64,000 nucleotides of DNA from Myxococcales bacterium (lineage in GTDB: Bacteria > Myxococcota_A > Polyangia > Polyangiales > Polyangiaceae), in assembly GCA_043747615.1 (NCBI GenBank), contig JAYTOU010000005.1, positions 1 to 64,000 on the forward strand, given 5' to 3'. Each line of letters starts with the position of its first letter. The first letter of the stretch is position 1. Below are positions 56,163 through 64,000 of this stretch, one piece after another. Position numbers and translations under genes: made by a program. The notes below the pieces were generated by a model. The model was not told the origin of the DNA. It ran no database searches and saw nothing but the letters and a program-made list of their open reading frames with translations.

Positions 56163-58581
56163 ATGAAACGCTTAACTCTGGTGATTTTTCTCGTCTGTGC
56201 GGCGCTGCTGGCGCGCGTGCGTCTCGTTCACGCGGCTCCCGAGGCGCATATCCTTCGGATCGACCCGCGGGCGGGCCTGTCGAACGGTGCGCCGCTCCTC
56301 ACCACGGTCGTCGAGGTGGTCCAGTTCAACTCGCTTTCGTCGGTGGTTCAGGCCTGCGCAAACGCAAGCGGCTTCAACCCGACGCTCGATTGCTTGAGCG
56401 CGCAGCTCGAAAAACCGAATGCCGTCTGGAGCCCGTTTCCGTTTCCGGAAGCGAACGCCCGCCTGCTCGTCAAGATCAACGGTGCCGACACGCTGGCCAC
56501 GCTCGACGGAAAGCCGGAAAGGTGGGGCGATTCGCAGAAGCATCCGGACGTGGGTACCGCCTGGCTCGTCGTCCTCGATGCGGCGGCGGGGATGGGCAGC
56601 CGCTACGGCGAGGCGCGGGCGATCGCGCGGCAGTTCATCGAGAACATGCAGCCGAACGATCAGATGAACCTCCAGATCTTCGACGACCGCTTTGTCATCC
56701 AGAGCTCCAAAGGCTGGAAGACCTTCAAGGAGCGCAACGATCTCGTCGCTCTCTTGAACGTGCAGCAAGGCACGGGCGTTTCGCACGGACGCGACCGCGC
56801 CCTCTTCGGCCAGTTGAAAGCGATGACCGCCGACGGCTTCGGTTCCCTCGGAAATTCGCAGGGCCCCAGCGATATCCCGCTTCACCAGGCGATGGTGGTT
56901 CTCTCGAATGGATCGGGTCGGAACGACGCAGAGAGCGCCGCCCCGAGCGCCGACGTCTTTCATCAGTTCGTCACCAAGGGCCGCTTCCCCGACGACAACA
57001 CGTCCTCTCCGAAGACGCCGCTCCCGGTCATCTCGGTGTGGTTTCCTTCGGCGGGCGGACTCGTGAACGACGTCTTTCGCAACAACGACGAGCAGTTCAT
57101 GCAAGCCCTCGCCAACCCTGAGATCGGAGGCTTCTTCGACATCGTCCGCGAAGGCCAGGGCGAGGCGAAGGGCAAGATCATCATCGGGCTCGTGAAGGCG
57201 CGCTTCAATTCGATGTTCATCGCGAAGTGGCGGCTCGCTTGCTTGAACCCGACCGTCGAGCAGACGTTCAACCTCGAGTTCCAGAACGTGAAGCCGGCCA
57301 TCAAGGGAGACGCGAGCTTCAAAGACGTTCCCATCGGGATCGATCCATCGCAGTGGCCGCTCGACGTCGATCTCGCGAAGACCAAGGCCGAAGCGGACGC
57401 TAATCCGCTCTACCCGGGCGGCACGTTCAAGGCGTACGGCAACTTCTGCTGGGGCGGAGACTCGAAGCGCGCGGAGGCCTATTTCATACCAGGCGGCTCG
57501 AAGCCCGATCCGAACGCGAACAGCACCGACCTGGCCACCGTGAAGAAGGCGCAGCAAAATCTCATCGCCCAAAACATGCGCGGCAGCCCGATCGAAGCCG
57601 GCGACACGTTCGTAACCTTCCAGGTGCCCGACGAAGAGAAGGTGCTTGAGGGAAGCGGAGACAACACCGTCGCCCGCGTCCTCATCTACGACAACGCGGC
57701 TCACCGCGCGAGCGGCCACGACGAGAAGACCATCCTCACGCTGAAGGCCCAGAAAAAGCCCTTCAATCTGCCGCTCATCCTCGGCATCGCCGGCGGCCTC
57801 GTCGTGCTTCTGCTCCTCGTGATTGTCGTCCTTCGCGGTGGCGGTGGCGGCGGGCGCACGAAGAAATCACGCGGAGCTCCGCCTGCTCCGATCGTCGCCG
57901 GCGGCGGCGGTGGCTACGGAGCTCCCGGCGGGCAACCCCAAGGTCCGCCCCAAGGTGGGTACGGCGGTGGTGGTGGCTATGGAGCCGCGCCTCCCCACCA
58001 GCAACAACAGCAACAACCGCCGCAGCAACAGCAGCACGCCCCCTACGTCGAGCCCTCTTCGGCCTATGGTGCCCCTCCCGCCGTCGTGCAAGTTCGCTGT
58101 CCGGCCTGTCAGGCGCTGACCATGGCGACGCCGGGCCAGCCGTCGGTCTGCTTCTCGTGCGGTCAGCCGCTCCCGGCAAACATCGCGGAAGGAGGTGGGG
58201 GCGCTAATGCTCCCACGTTTCCCGCTGACGGGAGCGCTGAATGCGCAACCGCTCCAGCCGCCTCCGAACCCGTACGGGGCCGCGCCGCAGGGGGCAACGA
58301 TCTCCGGGCCACCCGGAAATTTTTCGATTCGCCCGGGAGCCGAGGTGCGCGTGGGCCGAGATCCGGCGCAGTGCGTGGTGATGCTTCAAGAGCCGCGCGT
58401 GAGCGGCGTCCACGCCACGTTGAAGTTCGAGCAATCACAGCTCTGGGTGCGTGACGAGACCTCGAACAACGGAACCTACGTGGCGGGGATGCGAATCGCG
58501 GCCGGCGTCTGGACGGTAATTTCTCCCGGTACGCCGCTTCGGTTCGGGCCGATCGACTTCGCCGTGCGCTTGGATACCTGA
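56163..58581 (+). CDS. Membrane protein with a periplasmic VWA-like domain, TM, Gly/Pro/Gln linker, Zn ribbon and FHA; split by a +1 frameshift near 58218-58223
   Basis: ORF 56142..58454 loses coding sense after 'APTFP'. The +1 frame continues 'PLTGALNAQPLQPPPNPYG...VGRDP..VSGVHA..SNNGTY' (FHA) to the stop at 58581. Confidence 0.75.
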
Positions 58582-58582
58582 C

Positions 58583-59767
58583 GTGCCGCTTCCCCCGATT
58601 GAGTTCGCGTACAGAACCGATCCCGGCAAAGACCCCGACAAGCAGGTGAACGAAGACGCTGGCGGTCATCGCGAGACGCGCTTCGGTCACCTCGTCGTGG
58701 TGTGCGACGGAATGGGCGGTCACGAAGGCGGCAAAGAGGCGTCGAACGGCGCGCTCGAAGCCATCTTCCAGGCGTTCGATGACGCAGCCGATGGCACCGC
58801 TCCCGCCGAGGTCCTGCGCGAAGCACTGGTCCTCGCGAACGCCCGCGTCTACGGGCTCGCTTCGGTCGACGAGGAGGCGCGTCCGGGCTCGACGGTGGTG
58901 GCGGTGCTCCTCCATACCGACGGCACCGAGGTCGCGCACGTGGGCGACAGTCGCGCGTACCTGATTCACGCCGCGCGCGTTTCGCAGGTGACGAAGGATC
59001 ACTCGATGGTGCAGCAGATGGTGGACGCGCATCTTCTCGCGCCCGAGGAGGCCGCTGGGCATCCGGATGCCAACCGCATTTCGCGTGCGCTCGGGATGCG
59101 CGCGACTGTGGACGTCGAGGTGCGCGCGATGCCCGTGGTGCATGTGGCGGGCGACGCGTTTCTCTTGTGCTCGGATGGGCTCAGCGATCTGGTGACCCCC
59201 GACGACATCTTGAACATCGTCGGGACGGCGCCGCCGGAGCAAGCGGCGGGGCAGCTCCTCGATCTCGCGAACGCACGCGGAGGGCACGACAACATCACAG
59301 TCGCCATTCTCCGCGCCCGCGAGAGCGCGCTCGTTCATGCGACCGCGCTGATGCCGACCCTTCCGCAGACGGTGGCCGATGCCCCGGTTTCACCGCCCGC
59401 GGTAGCGGCACCTGGCCCGCAGCGCACGCGCGTCGAGTCCGCGGACGAACACGATGACCGATCTGGATCGTCACGAATTTCCCTGTCGGTGGTGCTTGGC
59501 ATCGCGCTCGGCCTGGCCGGCGTGGCGATCGCGGGGCTCGCGCTCTACCTGCTCGTCGCCGCCCGCCACAATTCCACCAACGCGCCGGCGTTCGTCGACG
59601 CCGGGTTTGCTTTCAAGGTGAAGGCGCCTTCCACGGTGACAGTCGTCGTTCCCGACCGGGTCCCCGACGTCATCGTTCGCGAGATCGACGCCGGAGAGCT
59701 GACGCCCCTCCTGCCACACAAACCTTTCGTTCCTACATCTGAAGAAGGCTCGCCGCGAAAACGATGA
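58583..59767 (+). CDS. PP2C-family Ser/Thr phosphatase with a C-terminal TM
   Basis: NEDA, VCDGMGGH, HVGDSRAY, TKDHS, LCSDGL, GGHDNIT. Confidence 0.95.
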   Translation: MPLPPIEFAYRTDPGKDPDKQVNEDAGGHRETRFGHLVVVCDGMGGHEGGKEASNGALEAIFQAFDDAADGTAPAEVLREALVLANARVYGLASVDEEARPGSTVVAVLLHTDGTEVAHVGDSRAYLIHAARVSQVTKDHSMVQQMVDAHLLAPEEAAGHPDANRISRALGMRATVDVEVRAMPVVHVAGDAFLLCSDGLSDLVTPDDILNIVGTAPPEQAAGQLLDLANARGGHDNITVAILRARESALVHATALMPTLPQTVADAPVSPPAVAAPGPQRTRVESADEHDDRSGSSRISLSVVLGIALGLAGVAIAGLALYLLVAARHNSTNAPAFVDAGFAFKVKAPSTVTVVVPDRVPDVIVREIDAGELTPLLPHKPFVPTSEEGSPRKR

Positions 59768-60094
59768 GCAGCCCGACCAGCGTTGCCAGCGCCACGGCAA
59801 CGAGGGCGATGGCGTAGGTCGGCAGACCGTCTCGTGCCATCAAAGTCCCCCCGGTCCGATCAGCCGTGCGTAGTGCACCGTCGCCATGCCGCCGGGACAT
59901 CACGCCATGGATGGCGTAGCGACCGATTTGAATCGGCGGTTTCGCGATCGGTGTAGCCACGTGATCGAAGTTAGCAAAAGCCGCTTGCTTTCGGGTGCGC
60001 CCGTCGACGTTTCGCCGCATTCCGACCCTGCTCCGCTGGTCTTTTGGCGCAATCGCCTTGACCGGGGCCCCGAATTTCCGGTTGATGGCTGCCG

Positions 60095-63049
60095 ATGATT
60101 CCGGGACAGGGAAGAGAATTCGCCAGCATCGGAAGCGCGCCCGACAACGACGTCATTCTGCAGGGTGTGGGGGTCGCTCCTCACCACGCGCGGGTCGCGC
60201 GGCAGAACGGGCAGCTATTCTTCGTCGACGGCGGAGCAGGCCCGAGCTTTGCGAACGGATCCCCCGTGGTCGCCCAGCAGCCGATTGCGTTCGACTTCCG
60301 CACACAGTTTTCGGTGGCGCAGACGCCGGTGCCGCTCGCCCATCCCGCGTTCGTGTCGCTCTTGATGACGCCAGGAACGCTGCAGGCGCCGCGTGGTCAC
60401 GTCGTCATCGGTCGTGACGCAGCCCGCGCCACTCTGGTCATCGCCCACAGCACCGTGAGCTCGCAGCACGCCACGGTGATGCTCGACCGCATGATGGTCG
60501 TCGATCACGGCTCGACCAGCGGCACCTACCTCGCCGGTCAGCAGATCCCTGCAAATCAGCCTGTTCCCATCGATCCGAACGGCATCATCGCGTTTGGGCC
60601 CGTGCCGGTGCCGGTGGCTCTCCTCGTGCAGATCGCGCAGGCGGTTGCAGGCGTAGCTCCCGGCGGGGCGGCTCAGGCAGGTGCGGCGCACGGAGCTCCT
60701 CTCGACACCGGTGGCAATGGTGGCTCGCGCAAGCACCGCACGGTCATCGGCGAGCTCAGTCTCGAGACGCTGAATACCAGCGTCATCACCATCGGCCGCA
60801 CGCCCGACAACCAGATCGTCGTCGCGCATCCCCAGGTGTCCTCGCGCCACGCGCAGATCGTCAAGAACGGCGAGCAGCTTTTCCTCGAGGATTTGCGCTC
60901 GGCGAACGGCACCTTCGTGCGCGGCCAGCGCCTCGAGTCGGGGCAGAAAGTTCCGATCGCGAACGGCGAAAAAGTCTTCATCGGACCGATGCCTCTGCTC
61001 ATCCACATCGCGGGGCAGCAGGTCAACGTGGTCGTCGAGGACCAGCAAGCGTCCTGGGCGGGCAAGCCGCTCTACGAGATCGAAGCGTGGGATCTCTTCC
61101 TCGAGGTCCCCGATCGCGATCAAAAAGGGCAGATGAAGACCCTGCTCGATCACGTCTCTTTCAAGGCTCTGCCGGGAGACATGATCGCGCTCATGGGGCC
61201 GTCTGGAGCGGGAAAAACAACGCTCCTTCTCACCTTGAACGGCTACAACCCGCCGACGAGCGGGCAGGTTCGAATCAACGGTGAGGACCTCTACCTCATC
61301 TACGACGCGCTCCGCGGATCGATCGGGTACGTCCCGCAGGACGACATCGTTCACCCCGAGCTCACCGTCTTCGAGGCGGTGAAGTACTCCGCGAAGTTCC
61401 GCCTTCCTCCCGATTACTCCGACGCAGAAATCGACGGCCTCGTCGATCAGACGCTGCGCGACCTCGGTCTCGAGACTGTGAGGAATCTCGAGATCGGGAA
61501 GCCCGAGAAGAAGGTGCTCTCGGGCGGCCAGCGAAAGCGCGTGAACATCGCTCTCGAGCTGGTGACCGATCCGGTCATCCTCTTCCTCGACGAGCCGACG
61601 AGCGGTCTCGCGGCGGACGACACGACCGCGCTCGTGAACCTTCTTCACGACCTCACGAAGAAGACCGGCAAGACGATCGTGATGACGATCCATCAGCCGG
61701 CGAAGGACGAGTTCGAAAAATTCAATCTCGCCTTCATCATGGGCTACGGGGGAATTCCAACGTATTTCGGCCCCACGGGAGATCCGGCGTATAAGTTTTT
61801 CGGCTCGATCCTCGAACGTCAGGGCACGCCTCGGAAGATCGACAACCCGCGCGACATGTTCGACATGCTGAGCGTCCGCGAGCGTGGTCTTCAGGAGGAG
61901 ATGAAGCGGAGCAATCCGAACGTGACCCGCAACATCGCCCGCCTCGATGCGGCCCGGGGATGGCGCTCGGAGTTTTTTCAGGATCGAAATCCCGTCTATC
62001 AAAAGATGTACGGCGGCCACCGCGCAGTCGGGACGGAGAAGGCCACGTCCGGCATGCCGCATCGTGCGAGCGTTGCCCTTTTTCGGCAGCTCGGCCTCTT
62101 GATGTCGCGGTACTGGAAGGTGAAGATTCGCGACCGCGCCGGGACGGCGATCATGTTCCTGCAGGCGCCGATCATCGGGATCATGCTTGCGGGAGTCTTT
62201 GGCGGACAGAAGCAAGCGATCCCCTTCTGGTGCCTCGGCGCTCTTCAGGATCTCGCGACTCGCCGGGCCGACGCCACGAACAGCACGGCAAGCCTCTTGA
62301 ACGAAATGAAGCCGACGGTGGACCACACCGCCGCGATGTTCTTCGTCGTCGTCAGCTGCGTGTGGTTTGGCACCAGCAACGCGGCGCGCGAGATCGTGAC
62401 CGAGCGTGCGATCTATCTACGCGAGCGCATGGTGAACCTGTCGCTCTTCAACTACGTCATGTCGAAATACGCCATTTTGAGCGTGATTTGCGTGGTTCAG
62501 TGCACGATGCTCCTAACCATCGTCTTCTTCACGCTCGGCTTCGAAGGCGGCCCGGTGGCCTTTCTCATGGAGCTTCTGTCGATGATCGCAGTGTCCATGA
62601 ACGCGACCGCGCTCGGTCTCCTGCTCTCCACCCTCGTGAGCTCGGCCGAAGCCGCCATGGCCCTCACGCCGATCGCCCTCATTCCTCAAGTGGTGCTCGG
62701 AGGGTTGATGGTCCCGATGACCACGAACGCGATGCTGAAGCCGCTCATGTACGTGATGCCGGCCCGCTGGGGGTTCCAGGGAGCGATTGCCCAGGAGCGC
62801 GCCGCCATCGCCGGCAACCCTGCGTGGATCATCGATCTCCACAAGCCGGGCCTCACCTCCGCACCCGACTTCGTTTCGAACGGACACTTTCAGTGCGCGA
62901 CCGCTCAGATCGCCAGCGATACGATCGCGGGCGCCTGGGGGTTCGTCGAATGGGACCAGGTGTGGGTCCCCTTCGTGTTCCTCTACGGAATGACGATCGT
63001 GATGATGGTTTTTCTCTTCATCCTGCTGAAGCGTCGCGATCCCGTTTGA
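60095..63049 (+). CDS. FHA-domain ABC transporter (Rv1747-like): three FHA domains, ABC ATPase and ABC-2 permease
   Basis: FHA motifs; GPSGAGKT, LSGGQRKR, LFLDEPT, TIHQP; C-terminal TM bundle. Confidence 0.92.
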   Translation: MIPGQGREFASIGSAPDNDVILQGVGVAPHHARVARQNGQLFFVDGGAGPSFANGSPVVAQQPIAFDFRTQFSVAQTPVPLAHPAFVSLLMTPGTLQAPRGHVVIGRDAARATLVIAHSTVSSQHATVMLDRMMVVDHGSTSGTYLAGQQIPANQPVPIDPNGIIAFGPVPVPVALLVQIAQAVAGVAPGGAAQAGAAHGAPLDTGGNGGSRKHRTVIGELSLETLNTSVITIGRTPDNQIVVAHPQVSSRHAQIVKNGEQLFLEDLRSANGTFVRGQRLESGQKVPIANGEKVFIGPMPLLIHIAGQQVNVVVEDQQASWAGKPLYEIEAWDLFLEVPDRDQKGQMKTLLDHVSFKALPGDMIALMGPSGAGKTTLLLTLNGYNPPTSGQVRINGEDLYLIYDALRGSIGYVPQDDIVHPELTVFEAVKYSAKFRLPPDYSDAEIDGLVDQTLRDLGLETVRNLEIGKPEKKVLSGGQRKRVNIALELVTDPVILFLDEPTSGLAADDTTALVNLLHDLTKKTGKTIVMTIHQPAKDEFEKFNLAFIMGYGGIPTYFGPTGDPAYKFFGSILERQGTPRKIDNPRDMFDMLSVRERGLQEEMKRSNPNVTRNIARLDAARGWRSEFFQDRNPVYQKMYGGHRAVGTEKATSGMPHRASVALFRQLGLLMSRYWKVKIRDRAGTAIMFLQAPIIGIMLAGVFGGQKQAIPFWCLGALQDLATRRADATNSTASLLNEMKPTVDHTAAMFFVVVSCVWFGTSNAAREIVTERAIYLRERMVNLSLFNYVMSKYAILSVICVVQCTMLLTIVFFTLGFEGGPVAFLMELLSMIAVSMNATALGLLLSTLVSSAEAAMALTPIALIPQVVLGGLMVPMTTNAMLKPLMYVMPARWGFQGAIAQERAAIAGNPAWIIDLHKPGLTSAPDFVSNGHFQCATAQIASDTIAGAWGFVEWDQVWVPFVFLYGMTIVMMVFLFILLKRRDPV

Positions 63050-63092
63050 CCGCTCGCCGCGGGGGGTTAACCCACACCACCTAGCCCAGCGG

Positions 63093-64000
63093 CTACAGCG
63101 CCGGCACGCGCCCGTGCGGATCATCGGCAAGGTTGCGGCAGAAACCAGCGGCTTGCGCCCGCGCCTGGGGGACATCGAACACAACGAAATGCCCGTCGCT
63201 CCCAGCGACCGGCGTAAACTGCGCGAGCACGCCGCTGGCTAGCCCTCCTGCCAGGTTCCCGGAGAGCCCGCCCGCGGGCACGGTCACGTCTCCGAGTCCG
63301 CTGAACGCAGACTCGATCAGCGGGTGCACGCCGGGCGATTGCCGAGGCAGGCCGAGCGCGGTGGACGCCACTTCGATCCCGTGCGGAGGCGCATAGCTGT
63401 CACCGATGCCGTCGGCTCCGATGCCTTCGGTTTGGTAGATGCTCTTCGGCGCAAAGCCCGTGCGCGGGTGCGCGATGATGTACCCGAGGTAGTGGACGGT
63501 GTCTGTCGTGTCGACGAGGAGCTGCGCCATGTTCGCCATGGGGTGAAAGAGATTGAGCTCGTCGGCGTCCTCCGGACGAAAGAGCCCGAGCACGGTCTTC
63601 ACCGCGGCCGCGACGCTCGGCTGCGGCTTCGTCTTCTCGAGGAGAGCGATGGTGATCATCGCGCCCGTTCCGCTGAGCACGCCTCCTAGCGCCTGCTTGT
63701 CGGCCGCGAGGAAGAGCGGCCCGTTCACGCCTCCCTGCGAGTGTCCGAAAAAGATGAGCTTGGTTGCATCGAAGCCGATTTCCGCGGCCGTGCGGGACGT
63801 TGCGGCGGGGACCTTCACGTGAGACTCGGTGAATAGTCGCGCCTGCTGGACGACGTCGATCGCGCTCTGACGCCCGTTCGTGCGAGCGGCGATCGGATTG
63901 TTCAAGTTGAAAAAGAGGAGCTGGATGTTCCCCTCGCGGTTCGGATCATTGAGCGGAGGCGCACCCGGGCGCGTGCCGTGGAAAATTTGATCGACGCCCA
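63093..64000 (-). CDS. Alpha/beta-hydrolase-fold protein, 5'-truncated by the window edge
   Basis: The frame is open to the edge; nucleophile elbow GHSQG, 'GIGDSY', 'DGHFVVF'. Confidence 0.75.
   Translation of the reverse strand, partial: GVDQIFHGTRPGAPPLNDPNREGNIQLLFFNLNNPIAARTNGRQSAIDVVQQARLFTESHVKVPAATSRTAAEIGFDATKLIFFGHSQGGVNGPLFLAADKQALGGVLSGTGAMITIALLEKTKPQPSVAAAVKTVLGLFRPEDADELNLFHPMANMAQLLVDTTDTVHYLGYIIAHPRTGFAPKSIYQTEGIGADGIGDSYAPPHGIEVASTALGLPRQSPGVHPLIESAFSGLGDVTVPAGGLSGNLAGGLASGVLAQFTPVAGSDGHFVVFDVPQARAQAAGFCRNLADDPHGRVPAL

Noticed and set aside
1..64000. CRISPR arrays, tRNA/rRNA genes, transposases and integrases
   Set aside because: None were recognised by eye; a covariance-model scan would be needed to exclude small RNAs.

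Overview
This is a high-GC bacterial window. The type IV pilus ATPases PilB/PilT, an SgmX-like TPR protein, many Hanks-type Ser/Thr kinases, FHA proteins and Cys-rich lipoproteins point to Myxococcota, probably Polyangiales; that taxonomy is an inference. Most of it is core or near-core: a POT peptide transporter, hrcA, a CDF metal exporter, skp-lpxD-fabZ-lpxA, tldD, pdxA, a rhodanese-MoeB fusion, pilB/pilT, a MoxR-DUF58-Bat(VWA) operon, larB-larC, and an FHA/PP2C/FHA-ABC-exporter module. The standout is a compact four-gene RiPP operon at 23552-26965. It encodes a 45-aa precursor peptide missed by the ORF track, a TfuA-type YcaO, a TfuA with a long C-terminal extension, and a stand-alone borosin-like (OphMA/SonM-like) backbone alpha-N-methyltransferase. 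This predicts a peptide carrying both backbone thioamide(s) and backbone N-methylation. A ThiF/rhodanese sulfur-relay enzyme lies about 1.4 kb upstream. Other oddities are a decayed patch between pilB and pilT, a +1 frameshift splitting a VWA-like/FHA gene, and an N-terminally His-rich LarC. No rRNA, tRNA, CRISPR array or intact mobile element was recognised. All family calls come from motif recognition by eye, not from database searches.
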